Source of the DNA: Candidatus Latescibacterota bacterium
Lineage (GTDB): Bacteria > Latescibacterota > UBA2968
Direction of reading: 5' to 3'
DNA: 64,000 nt
Assembly: GCA_965222605.1 (NCBI GenBank)
Contig: OZ244960.1
Location: 5,664,001-5,728,000 of the forward strand
The translations under genes and the position numbers were made by a program. Under the pieces are notes generated by a model. That model made no database searches and was not told the DNA's origin. It worked only from the letters and a program-made list of their open reading frames with translations. Numbering within the stretch: the first letter of the stretch is position 1; the number at the start of each line of letters is the position of its first letter. Below, one piece after another: positions 20,518 to 29,795 of this stretch.

Positions 20518-21057
20518 TCATAACTTTTGCCCAAATAACTCTGGTTGAATCACGCCTTCATGCATTAAGAGAAATCTTTTCTTGTCCATCCCACCGGCAT
20601 ATCCCGTTAGATGGCCAGATGCGCCGATCACACGGTGACAGGGTACCACTATTGCCACGGGATTTTTGCCATTGGCCGCGCCCACGGCTTGTGATGCGCC
20701 CGCATTGCCCAATGCACGGGCGATATCGCCGTAGGTTCGCGTCTCTCCGAAGGGTATCTCCAGCAATAATTTCCACACGCACTTCTGAAAATCTGTTCCA
20801 CGCAAGTCCAGTGGCAAATCGAAAACTTGCAGCGTTCCATCAAAATACATCGCGAGTTGTTCGACTGCCGTATTTATTATTGGATGATCTGCTGCGCGAG
20901 GGAAATTTATCTTCGCCTGTTCCGTTCGATCACTTCCAAATGCAATCGCATGTACGCCATTATCTGAGGCCAACACGATTAACGGTCCTATTGGACTTGC
21001 TGCCTCTTCCCATACGGTCTCACGCGGCAATTGTTTTAATATTTGTAAATATAGCAC
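20518..21057 (-). CDS. ogt: methylated-DNA--protein-cysteine methyltransferase
   Basis: GTDFQ..VW, IPFGETRTY, PCHRV active site; GTG 21057 has GGAGG 5 nt upstream (the ORF track start is 21084). Confidence 0.92.
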   Translation of the reverse strand: MLYLQILKQLPRETVWEEAASPIGPLIVLASDNGVHAIAFGSDRTEQAKINFPRAADHPIINTAVEQLAMYFDGTLQVFDLPLDLRGTDFQKCVWKLLLEIPFGETRTYGDIARALGNAGASQAVGAANGKNPVAIVVPCHRVIGASGHLTGYAGGMDKKRFLLMHEGVIQPELFGQKL

Positions 21058-21098
21058 AGGGACCTCCGTGAAGGTGAAATACATCTTACCTTAAATTA

Positions 21099-22271
21099 CT
21101 GATGTTACGCACCGGTTGAATAATGTTTTATATTCCAAGGATGTAGCCCCCCGTATGGGTTTTGTCATCCCTGTGACCTTGCAAATTATGGTGGTAGATT
21201 AAAAATATGGACAAAAAACTCTTAGAATTGTATAGCGATTACCTCCTCAGTTCCTTTGGCGCGACCACAGCAACGGGTTTATCCGCGCTGTTGGAAGGCC
21301 GCATAAGCCATGATCGGGTCACGCGTTTTCTCTCACAAGCAGACTATAATGGCAAAACGCTGTGGCGACAGGTTAAGGGTATGATCCGTGACATCGAACA
21401 GGATGATGGCGTGCTCATCTTTGATGATACGATCCAGGAAAAGCCTTATACAGATGAGAATGACTTAATCTGTTGGCACTATGATCACAGTCAAAATCGC
21501 ACGGTCAAGGGTATCAATCTGCTTAATTGTGTCTATCACGCAAGCGATGTCAGCTTACCCGTGACTTACGAGTTGATCACCAAACCGGCCCTCTATACCG
21601 ATGTGAAGACCCGTCGCGTCAAGCGCAAGAGCCTGGTCACAAAAAATGACCTGATGCGGGACATGTTAGGTGTGTGCAAGCAAAATCGCTTGAAATATCG
21701 CTATGTATTGGCCGATAGTTGGTTCTCAGCAAAGGAAAACTTACAGTTTATTCGCAACAGCTTGGATAAGCACTTCGTTGTCGCAATAAAATCTAACAGG
21801 ACGGTTGCCTTGAGCTATGAAGATAAACGAGATGGACGTTTCGCACGCATTGATGCTCAAAACCTGACAGAAGATACGCCTGTGCAAGCATGGATAAAAG
21901 GATTAGATTTTCCCGTCCTTTTAATCCGGCAAGTCTTTACAAACAAAGATGATAGCACAGGAGAGATGTTTCTGGCTTGTAGTGATCTTACTTGTGATGG
22001 CGAAACCATCGAAACGATCTATCAAAAACGATGGAAAGTGGAGACGTTTCATAAAACCCTCAAGTCCAATGCCGCCCTATCCAAGTCCCCAACAAGGCGC
22101 GTGCGTACACAAAGCAATCATTGTTTTATGGCTATTTATGCCGCCGCTCAATTGGAAGGCCTGCGCGTCAAACATCACCTCAATCATTTTGCCCTCAGGT
22201 CAAGACTCTATCTCAAGGCCATTCGGTATGCTTTTGATGAACTACAAATTCTTAAAACTGCGTAACATCAG
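21099..22271 (+). mobile_element. complete insertion sequence, IS701/ISAba11-like, 1173 bp
   Basis: Perfect 13-bp TIRs CTGATGTTACGCA (21099-21111) and TGCGTAACATCAG (22259-22271); 8-bp TSD TTAAATTA at 21091-21098 and 22272-22279. Confidence 0.92.
21207..22265 (+). CDS. DDE transposase (IS701-like)
   Basis: SHDRVTRFL, LIFDDT, VLADSWF, YQKRWKVETFHK. Confidence 0.93.
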   Translation: MDKKLLELYSDYLLSSFGATTATGLSALLEGRISHDRVTRFLSQADYNGKTLWRQVKGMIRDIEQDDGVLIFDDTIQEKPYTDENDLICWHYDHSQNRTVKGINLLNCVYHASDVSLPVTYELITKPALYTDVKTRRVKRKSLVTKNDLMRDMLGVCKQNRLKYRYVLADSWFSAKENLQFIRNSLDKHFVVAIKSNRTVALSYEDKRDGRFARIDAQNLTEDTPVQAWIKGLDFPVLLIRQVFTNKDDSTGEMFLACSDLTCDGETIETIYQKRWKVETFHKTLKSNAALSKSPTRRVRTQSNHCFMAIYAAAQLEGLRVKHHLNHFALRSRLYLKAIRYAFDELQILKTA

Positions 22272-22275
22272 TTAA

Positions 22276-22305
22276 ATTATACAAAAAAACGGGACGTATG
22301 CTCAA
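22276..22305 (-). promoter_or_regulatory. putative sigma70 promoter TTGAGC-N18-TATAAT, probably the original ogt promoter now displaced by the IS
   Basis: Minus-strand hexamers at 22305-22300 and 22281-22276; the -10 box overlaps the TSD. Confidence 0.45.
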
Positions 22306-22323
22306 AAGAACATACGTCCCGTT
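22282..22323 (-). terminator. rho-independent terminator
   Basis: 13-bp inverted repeat AACGGGACGTATG/CATACGTCCCGTT with a T-run on the minus strand, just downstream of 22345..22593. Confidence 0.75.
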
Positions 22324-22344
22324 GGGAGGAGAAAGAGTGGTCGT

Positions 22345-22612
22345 TTACTCAATCGGCTTAAAACAGTATCCCACGCCTCTCACCGTGCGGATCATTTCCT
22401 GTGCTGTGCTCAGTTTTGCGCGCATGCGACGAATATGTGCATCTACCATCCGTCCATTGCCCAGATGGTTGTATCCCCATACGGCGTTGAGTAAATCTCT
22501 GCGCGATTGTACGCGTCCGGCGCGTTCCATCAGTGTGAATAGCAACTGAAATTCAATTGGCGTCAAATTTTTGACTTCATTCCCAATAGTCACTTTGATG
22601 GCGCGAGTTCAT
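22345..22612 (-). pseudogene. OmpR/PhoB-type winged-helix DNA-binding domain without receiver; probable remnant
   Basis: LTPIEFQLL, SRRDLLNAVWG, VDAHIRRMRAKL, IRTVRGVGY; upstream MNSRHQ joins VTIG only through a 1-nt frameshift near 22595. Confidence 0.6.
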
Positions 22613-22756
22613 ACTACTGTACACAGGTCACAGTCCTATTTCAAAAGTGTTGCGGTTTAGTGACAATTTCGATAGATAAACGCAGTCAGGTCTCATTGCA
22701 CCGATTTTAGAGGATTTACAGATCAAATGCAGGCGCAGTTTATCCCATCTCAATCC

Positions 22757-22785
22757 TTGAATCCCCTCGTATTCCGTGTTATATT
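22757..22785 (+). promoter_or_regulatory. putative sigma70 promoter TTGAAT-N17-TATATT with TGn extension
   Basis: Consensus-like hexamers about 50 nt upstream of ATG 22834. Confidence 0.45.
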
Positions 22786-22833
22786 GGGCGGTCTTTGGAG
22801 TTTCTGCTATTTCAACTAAGACAGGACGCCGGC

Positions 22834-23658
22834 ATGGCTGAATATAGAAAACCAGTAGATGTATTGCTTACACTTGGCGATCCACGAGAACTTTCGGATC
22901 AATGGCTCGATTATTCGGAATACGGGATTGGTGCAGAACATATTTCCGATTTGATCCAATTGGCGACCGATTCAGAATTGTATTGGGCAGATTCGGAGAG
23001 TTTAGAAGTTTGGGCGCCAACCCATGCATGGCGAGCATTGGGACAGTTGCGTGCAGAGGAGGCGATTAAACCCCTCCTCAATTTGTTTCACGAACTGGAA
23101 GAAGATGATTGGGTCGGAGAGGAATTGCCCACAGTATATGGCATGATCGGGGCGGCTGCTATTCCCGCTCTGACAGCGTATCTTGCGGATACTTCTCGCG
23201 GTATATCTCCTCGGATTAGTGCAGCACAGGCATTGTTTGATATTGCAATGTCACAGGCCGAAGCGCAGGAGGCATGTATTACCGCCCTAACACGGCAGTT
23301 AGAGGCGTTTCGGAAAAATGACCGCGAATTGAATGGATTTCTGATCAGTTATCTGGTTGACTTGCAAGCGATAGAAATAGCACCGCTTATGCAAAGAGCT
23401 TATGCGGCTGGCCGTGTAGATGAGATAGTTATGGGAGATTGGGAAGATGTGCAGGTTGAATTGGGATTGAAACCTTATGTCGAAAGAGATGCCGACTTCT
23501 TCATGGACGATATCGAAGACGTTGACCCTGAAGACAGACCCTTTGCCTTCAAGCCTCAGAGTGCGGCAAAACGCAAGAAAGCAAAAACAAAACGAAACAT
23601 GGCGCGAAAATCTCGAAAGCAGAATCGAAAGAAAAAGAAAAGAAAAAAGAAGAGATAG
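22834..23658 (+). CDS. HEAT-repeat/DUF1186-like protein with Lys/Arg-rich tail
   Basis: WAPTHAWRALGQLRAEEAI, LNGFLISYLVDL, GDWEDVQVELG; acidic body and a KRKKAK...RKKKKRKKKR tail. Confidence 0.7.
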   Translation: MAEYRKPVDVLLTLGDPRELSDQWLDYSEYGIGAEHISDLIQLATDSELYWADSESLEVWAPTHAWRALGQLRAEEAIKPLLNLFHELEEDDWVGEELPTVYGMIGAAAIPALTAYLADTSRGISPRISAAQALFDIAMSQAEAQEACITALTRQLEAFRKNDRELNGFLISYLVDLQAIEIAPLMQRAYAAGRVDEIVMGDWEDVQVELGLKPYVERDADFFMDDIEDVDPEDRPFAFKPQSAAKRKKAKTKRNMARKSRKQNRKKKKRKKKR

Positions 23659-23733
23659 CGGTGTGAAGTGTGAAGATCGATTGCCGACTAAAATATAAGC
23701 CACAATCCGTTTAAAATATCGAGAAAGGTAAAT

Positions 23734-24522
23734 ATGCCACTGGAAAACCTGCTGACATTGGTAAAAAAGCTCCGAGAGCGTATTGATAGTCATGGCGATG
23801 CGCTCAGAAAAAGTGAAGCGTTGACCCGCTACGTGCTGATTGACCCACTTCTGCGTGAACTGGGTTGGGATACCGAAGACCCGGCATTGGTAAAACCCGA
23901 ATACGGTTCAGGCAGAGGCTTCGCGGATTATGCACTTTTCAGCAATAACGGTCCCATAATGATGTTGGAAGCCAAGAAGCTGGATGAGTCTCTGGTGGGT
24001 GCGCGTAGGCAGGCTGTAGATTACGCCATGGATGAGACAGGAATTAAAACTCGCTATCTTTCGGTAACTGATGGCGCGTGTTGGGAAATATACGATACAA
24101 ACAAGCCCGTATCTGATATGTTAGCAGCATCATTCGATCTGAAGAGTCCCTCGGCGGCGGATACGTGCCTGAAAGCGTTGGCTCTGTGGAGGCCCAGCGT
24201 AATTTCAGGTCCGATTGCTGTTGGGGCAACTCCTGTTATCGGATCGCCTGAGAAACAGCGCGATAATGTCGCGGCCATTCCATTCCCTGAAGAAAAAACA
24301 GAAGTGCTCCAGACGCCGCTGGAAGTGATCGACATCAATCAGGCGACAGCAAAAGATCTCGAGCATCTGCCCGGGATTGGACCTGCAACGGCGCGGCGCA
24401 TTGTGGACTACCGCAAAAAGAATGGGCCATTTGAACAAATTGAAGATATCACAAAGGTCAGAGATATTGGTACTAAGACCTTCGAGAAATTGAGTTCCCG
24501 CATCACGATAAGTACACCATGA
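23734..24522 (+). CDS. HsdR_N-like PD-(D/E)xK nuclease fused to a ComEA-type helix-hairpin-helix domain
   Basis: EALTRYVLIDPLLRELGWD, ADYAL, LEAK, Q...Y, TDG..W; C-terminal IDINQAT..DLEHLPGIGPATARRIVDYR...GPF..IEDI.KVRDIG. Confidence 0.8.
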   Translation: MPLENLLTLVKKLRERIDSHGDALRKSEALTRYVLIDPLLRELGWDTEDPALVKPEYGSGRGFADYALFSNNGPIMMLEAKKLDESLVGARRQAVDYAMDETGIKTRYLSVTDGACWEIYDTNKPVSDMLAASFDLKSPSAADTCLKALALWRPSVISGPIAVGATPVIGSPEKQRDNVAAIPFPEEKTEVLQTPLEVIDINQATAKDLEHLPGIGPATARRIVDYRKKNGPFEQIEDITKVRDIGTKTFEKLSSRITISTP

Positions 24523-24575
24523 ACTTCCCTTCTATTCGCTGAGTTGTAGGTTACAGCCTGTGCGCATCTCGCCTT

Positions 24576-24730
24576 TCATCTGCATTTATCTGCGTTTATC
24601 TGCGGATACTCGCCTTTCTTTTTTGACTTCTGTGCTTTTTGTGGCTTTTTGGTCTTTTATCCACTTATTACTCTGACCTACGGGTTTTAATCCTGATCAT
24701 CCTTTCATCCTGCTTATCCTGATTCTGACA
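24576..24730. repeat. cluster of short strand-biased tandem repeats
   Basis: tcatctgcat ttatctgcgt ttatctgcgg; ttctgtgctttttgtggc; atcctgatc atcctttc atcctgctt atcctgatt. Confidence 0.6.
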
Positions 24731-24736
24731 GTTTTC

Positions 24737-26692
24737 ATGGCCCTTTCATCTGAAATACAAGCAGAAACATCTCCCGCTCCGGATACGATAACTTTTCGGT
24801 CTATTTTATTGGGGTTGGTGACCATTGCGGTTGCTACGTGGTATATGAGTTATTTTGCGGGGAATCTGGTCAAGAGCTATTTGCCCGTGGCCGCTTTGAT
24901 TCCCTTTGTGATGTGGGTGGGGATCAATGCGGGGATGATTCATTTCGCGCCTCGATTCGCGCTGTCTCGCATTGAGTTGCTCACGATTTTTTCGATGATG
25001 TGGATTGTAGGCAGTTTGCCAGCGGTGGGGTGGGGGTTTTATGCGGTGAGCTTGATTCCGTCGCCCGAGTTTTTCGCCTCGCCGGAAAATCGCTTGCGAG
25101 ATGCGGTCATTCCCTTTTTGCCCCGGTGGTTCTTTTTAGACGCCAATATACCCGAGGTAAGGGCAGTGTACACCGGGCGTCATCGCGGCGATCCCGTGCC
25201 GTGGTTGCTGTGGGTACGGCCTTTTTTCTGGTGGTTTGTCGGCTGTATCAGCGCGGTGATGGCGGGATTTTTCGGCAGCGTACTTTTTTTTAAGCAGTGG
25301 CAGGAAAAAGAGCGCCTGGTCTTTCCCATGTCCGAATTTCCCGTGGCTTTGATCGAGGGCGCAGATGAAGGTCGCGTGCCCGCTGTGTTGCAAGACAAAA
25401 TTTTCTGGATCGGGTTCTGGTGTGTGGCTGGCGTGATTTGCTGGAATATTGTGGGTTATTTTCAACTGAATATGCCGCGGATTACGGTTTTTGATCACTA
25501 TCTCACCAAAACGGTGGATTTAGGACCGTATTTCCCGGCGTATTATTTGCGCGTGCAACCGCTGATTATGGGCCTGGCCTATCTTTGTCCGGTGGATATG
25601 TTGTTCAGTGTGTGGTTTTACAATGTGATCAATATTTTCAAGGTGGGGTTGCTGAATCGAACGGGCTTTACGGTGGGATTAGAAGGACAACCCGCCAAGG
25701 CCGGCGAGATTGCGATGCTCGAGATGCACGGTGCGCTGGCATGTCTGGTGCTGTGGTCGGTGTGGGTTGCGCGGAAGCACTTAAAGGAGACGGTTCAAAA
25801 AGCGTTGCACCGTTCCCGTATGGTTGATGATGGTGTGCCCGTTACGTATCGCACGGCCTGGGTTGGCCTAAGTTTAGCAACGGTTGGTATCGGCGGTTGG
25901 ATGATGTCTTCGGGGGTGGGGTTCTGGGCGATGGTGGGGCAACTCATTCTGATGTTTATGTGTTATTTTGGCATTGCGAAATACGCGGCAGCGACTGGTT
26001 TTACCTTTCTCAATCCCGCTGGCGGTAAGGGCGTGGCGCTGATTCACTCTTTGATTGGTACGTCAAAACTTTCGCCCACGTCTCAGTCGATGCTGATCTT
26101 GTTCAATCGCAATGTGTTTTTAGGGGCTTCAATCCGAACGACATGTCTGGCTGCTATTCCGCATATTTTTCGCATGTTTGGCAATTCGCTGCGCCGGCAT
26201 CCGTGGATATGGGGGATGGTCCCTCTGGCGTATTTGATCGGGTATATGAGTGCGGGGGGTTTTTATTTGTTCCGGTGTTATGACGAAGGCGGGTTGAATG
26301 GGCTACTGGTGTCGTGGCCTATGGATTCACTCATTTCGCGGGTGCCCTATATTGAGGGCAGTAAAATATCGGTTTTTGATACGCAAAAGCTCGGTGTGTG
26401 GTTGTTTGGATTTGCCGAAGCAGGTGTTTTGACTTATTTGCGTTCGCAGTTTGCGTGGTGGCCTTTTCATCCGGTCGCCATTGCGTTTCCGCCCGGGCGA
26501 TATGCGTTTTGTTTGTTGCTCGTGTGGCTGGTGAAGGTGGTCGTGTTGCGATTTGGGGGCGTGCAGCTTTACAGGCGGTCGCTGCCGTTCTGGTATGGCG
26601 TGATTGTCGGATATTTGTTTGGTATTGCTCTGTCGAGTGTTGTGGATGCGATCTGGTTTCCAGATGGCAAGCATTTTGTTCACGGTTGGTAA
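24737..26692 (+). CDS. polytopic membrane protein, DUF6785/DUF6784-like putative transporter
   Basis: 651 aa with many TM helices; KQWQEKERLVFP, WWPFHPV, RFGG..LYRR..PF..G. Confidence 0.75.
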   Translation: MALSSEIQAETSPAPDTITFRSILLGLVTIAVATWYMSYFAGNLVKSYLPVAALIPFVMWVGINAGMIHFAPRFALSRIELLTIFSMMWIVGSLPAVGWGFYAVSLIPSPEFFASPENRLRDAVIPFLPRWFFLDANIPEVRAVYTGRHRGDPVPWLLWVRPFFWWFVGCISAVMAGFFGSVLFFKQWQEKERLVFPMSEFPVALIEGADEGRVPAVLQDKIFWIGFWCVAGVICWNIVGYFQLNMPRITVFDHYLTKTVDLGPYFPAYYLRVQPLIMGLAYLCPVDMLFSVWFYNVINIFKVGLLNRTGFTVGLEGQPAKAGEIAMLEMHGALACLVLWSVWVARKHLKETVQKALHRSRMVDDGVPVTYRTAWVGLSLATVGIGGWMMSSGVGFWAMVGQLILMFMCYFGIAKYAAATGFTFLNPAGGKGVALIHSLIGTSKLSPTSQSMLILFNRNVFLGASIRTTCLAAIPHIFRMFGNSLRRHPWIWGMVPLAYLIGYMSAGGFYLFRCYDEGGLNGLLVSWPMDSLISRVPYIEGSKISVFDTQKLGVWLFGFAEAGVLTYLRSQFAWWPFHPVAIAFPPGRYAFCLLLVWLVKVVVLRFGGVQLYRRSLPFWYGVIVGYLFGIALSSVVDAIWFPDGKHFVHGW

Positions 26693-26706
26693 GGGGGAGT
26701 GCGATT

Positions 26707-28920
26707 ATGTCTGATGCAGAAGTGAAAAAGTTATATGGGAGTGCGACAGTGAGTCCATCGGAAGATGTGGTGGCCGGGTCCTATGGCACATGGACGCTGA
26801 CTTATACGGCAGGGGAAAAAGGGATTGCAAGAGGGGGAACGATTCGGATTTATACGGATGCGGATTCAGACCGCGCAACCCCTCAGATGGATGATCCCGC
26901 GGGGGCGGATTATTTGACGGTTGACGCGCCGAGAGAAGCGCGTGTGGGTGCGCTGGTGCAGAGTATGATGTCGCTTTCGCTGACTGTGAATGGCCGCGCT
27001 TTGGCAGCGGGAGAGCAGGTCTCGGTGACTTATGGCGATACAACAGGTGGGGGACCGGGGTTTCGGTCGCAGACCTTTGCCGAGGCGCAGCACTTTTCTT
27101 GGGTGGCTGTCGATGCTGGTGATGGCGAGGTTGCGATATTGCCCAATCCGCCATCTTTGCGCGTTGTGGGGGGCGAGGCTGTGAAGCTGGTGATCAATGC
27201 GCCGTCCATTGTCGTGTCTGGCAAACCGTTTCGCATTCAGGTCAAGGCCGAAGATGCATGGGGCAATCCGTCGGTCGCGTATCGCGGGGATGTGGCCCTG
27301 AACGGCAATGATGTGCGCGTGCCGCAAACCGTAAGCTTTGGCGATGCAGACGGGGGCGTGCGGTGGGTGGATGAGTGTGTGGTAGAGCGCGGGGGTGTTC
27401 ACCGTATCGATGCCGATGACGGTACACTGGTCGCGCAGAGCAATCCGATTGCGTGCCGCAATACAGCACCGCAATTCGCGCTTTACTGGGGAGACTCACA
27501 CGGCGGTCAGGTGGCTATGGCGGAGAAGATTCCCGATTTTTTCAGGTACGCGCGAGATGTTGCAGCCATTCACTTTGCCGGGTACCAGCGCAACGATCAC
27601 GTTTTGAGCAAAAGCGATTGGGTGTTGCAGCAAGAGACGGAACGCGCGTATAATCAGCCGGGGCAATTTGTCGCTTTGCCGGGCTTTGAGTGGTCGGCAC
27701 AAACCACGCGGGGCGGGCATCACAACGTGTATTTTCGGCGGCACGATCAACCGATTCGTCGATCTGGACATGAGGGCTTGGCTGACAAGTCGGACGAAGA
27801 TACGGATTTGAGGCATATTACAGAGGTTTATGAAGCGTATCGCGGGACGGATACGGTGATTACGGCTCATGTGGGCGGCGAACATTCGGATTTGCAATAC
27901 CACGATCCCTATCTGGAACCCGCTGTGGAAGTGACATCGGATCACGGGACATTTGAGTGGATTTTGCAGGAGACATTTGAGCGCGATTATCGCATGGGAT
28001 TTTTCGGCGGGAGCGATAGCCATAATGGACGACCAGGTGGCGATACACCGGGTTTTCAGCATCGCCGTTATGCCAAGGCGGGATTGGCTGCGGTGTATGC
28101 GCCCGAGTTGACGATTGAGAGTGTTCTGGACGCGTACAAAGCGAGGCGCATTTACGCGACGACAGGTGCGCGGATTTTGCTGCATACTGCGTGCGAAGGC
28201 CATTGGATGGGGGAGGAGTTCACAACGAGAAATACACCGCAGATCTCGGCTTTTGTAGCGGGAACTGCGCCGTATGAATCGATGGAATTGTACCGTGGGT
28301 TGGAACGGATTTACAGCCATCCGATTGAAGGAAAAAAAGACCGCAATCGCGTGCGTATTTTGTGGGAGGGCGCGAGTCGCAAGAGCAGTTATTCCGGTGT
28401 GATCTGGGAGGGGACACTGAGGGTTTCGGGGCGCGCGATTAATGGCGTTGAAAAAATTCGGTTTGACAGCCCGCGTTCTCGCGTTTTTGATGTGACCGAT
28501 GAGGGGTTGCGCTGGTATTCGGTGACGTGTGGATATCGCAGTGGGATTATTCTGGACCTGCCGGGCGATGGCGATGTGGATATTGAATGCGTGGTGGATA
28601 CTTCGGTTATTACCGGTCCTTTATTTGGCGATCAGGGGATCAAGCCCCCGAGGCGCATGTCGCATGCGCCGGCTGAAAAGGTCGGATTTCACGTTGGGTC
28701 AAGCGATCTGGAAAACGGTGCGGTGACAATGGAATTGGGACCATTGAATCGGCGCGTGACAATCGACTACGCGCCTGAGGTACAACCAGCGGGTGAGGTG
28801 TCGTTCGATTTTACCGATGAAAACGCAAAGCCGGGCATCAATCCGTACTATGTTCGCGTGGTGCAAACCGATATGGAGATGGCCTGGAGCAGTCCAATTT
28901 TTGTAGATTACGCAGTGTAA
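26707..28920 (+). CDS. DUF3604-like metallohydrolase
   Basis: Start at ATG 26707 after GGGGAG; YWGDSH, PGFEWS, GGHHNVYF, GGSDSHNGRPG, RRIYATTGARI, YYVRVVQTD..MAWSSPIFV. Confidence 0.82.
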   Translation: MSDAEVKKLYGSATVSPSEDVVAGSYGTWTLTYTAGEKGIARGGTIRIYTDADSDRATPQMDDPAGADYLTVDAPREARVGALVQSMMSLSLTVNGRALAAGEQVSVTYGDTTGGGPGFRSQTFAEAQHFSWVAVDAGDGEVAILPNPPSLRVVGGEAVKLVINAPSIVVSGKPFRIQVKAEDAWGNPSVAYRGDVALNGNDVRVPQTVSFGDADGGVRWVDECVVERGGVHRIDADDGTLVAQSNPIACRNTAPQFALYWGDSHGGQVAMAEKIPDFFRYARDVAAIHFAGYQRNDHVLSKSDWVLQQETERAYNQPGQFVALPGFEWSAQTTRGGHHNVYFRRHDQPIRRSGHEGLADKSDEDTDLRHITEVYEAYRGTDTVITAHVGGEHSDLQYHDPYLEPAVEVTSDHGTFEWILQETFERDYRMGFFGGSDSHNGRPGGDTPGFQHRRYAKAGLAAVYAPELTIESVLDAYKARRIYATTGARILLHTACEGHWMGEEFTTRNTPQISAFVAGTAPYESMELYRGLERIYSHPIEGKKDRNRVRILWEGASRKSSYSGVIWEGTLRVSGRAINGVEKIRFDSPRSRVFDVTDEGLRWYSVTCGYRSGIILDLPGDGDVDIECVVDTSVITGPLFGDQGIKPPRRMSHAPAEKVGFHVGSSDLENGAVTMELGPLNRRVTIDYAPEVQPAGEVSFDFTDENAKPGINPYYVRVVQTDMEMAWSSPIFVDYAV

Positions 28921-28931
28921 GGAGGGTTAAG

Positions 28932-29726
28932 ATGGATGTGACGCGCATTTCAGCGTGTAGTTTTCCGCTTCGGGAAAAGGATCTGGATTATACGTTCAAG
29001 GTGATTTCCGAAGCGGGGTTTGACAAAATTGATCTGGTGGGGCGCATGCCGCATTTTTCGGTGACTGATCCGGATTACGATATGGACGAACTGCGGCGGG
29101 TATGCGACAAATACGGCGTGGCGTTGGCAAATATCGGGTCGTATTGCGGGCGAGATTTTATCGCCGATTCGGAAGATGACAGGCAGGCGGCAATGGATGA
29201 TATGAAAAAGACGCTGGATATAGGGAAGGCGTTTGATTCAAAGTCCATTCGCATTATGCCGGGTGATGGCAAACGCGCTTCGATTGATACGCTGGTGCCC
29301 TATTTTCGCGAATCTGCGGAATACGCCGAGAAATTGGGTATTTATATGGGGATTGAGAACCACGGCACTGAAATTTCTGGCAATCCGGAGGCGTGTCGGG
29401 AGATTTGTGAGAAGGTCGATTCAAAGTATTTTGGGATTTTGTACGAGCCGTGCAATTTGATGGCTGCGGGTGCAGATTACAAGTCCGCTTTTGATGTGTT
29501 TAAGGATTATATCGTGCATGTGCATATCAAGGATGGCGATTACAACTCGGAAGGGAAGTGGGAGCGCTGCATGCTCGGTGACGGTATTATCGATTATCAC
29601 TGGGTGTGGGATCAGGTGGAAGCACTGGGCTACGATCGCGATTATGCACTGGAGTTTGAGGTGGGCGATATCGAACCCGTTGAGACGGGTTATCGGAAGT
29701 GGTATGAGACTTGGGAGAAGGGGTGA
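28932..29726 (+). CDS. sugar phosphate isomerase/epimerase (TIM barrel)
   Basis: IENHG, EPCN, HVHIKD, LGDG.ID, LEFE. Confidence 0.88.
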   Translation: MDVTRISACSFPLREKDLDYTFKVISEAGFDKIDLVGRMPHFSVTDPDYDMDELRRVCDKYGVALANIGSYCGRDFIADSEDDRQAAMDDMKKTLDIGKAFDSKSIRIMPGDGKRASIDTLVPYFRESAEYAEKLGIYMGIENHGTEISGNPEACREICEKVDSKYFGILYEPCNLMAAGADYKSAFDVFKDYIVHVHIKDGDYNSEGKWERCMLGDGIIDYHWVWDQVEALGYDRDYALEFEVGDIEPVETGYRKWYETWEKG

Positions 29727-29792
29727 GAATTAAAAATTAAGGAACGGCGTACAACTGCGTAGCAGTTCATTAGGAGCAGGGGGCTGACCGCT
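29726..29792 (+). repeat. dispersed ~65-bp intergenic element, copy 1
   Basis: AGAATTAAAAATTAAGGAACGGC (23 nt) is identical to 52581, and similarity continues through TAGCAGTTCATT.GGAG.AGGG. Confidence 0.85.
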
Positions 29793-29795
29793 GTT

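Noticed and set aside
26398-26706. 103-aa N-terminal extension of the 840-aa ORF
   Set aside because: Overlaps the upstream membrane gene; the RBS-supported start is 26707
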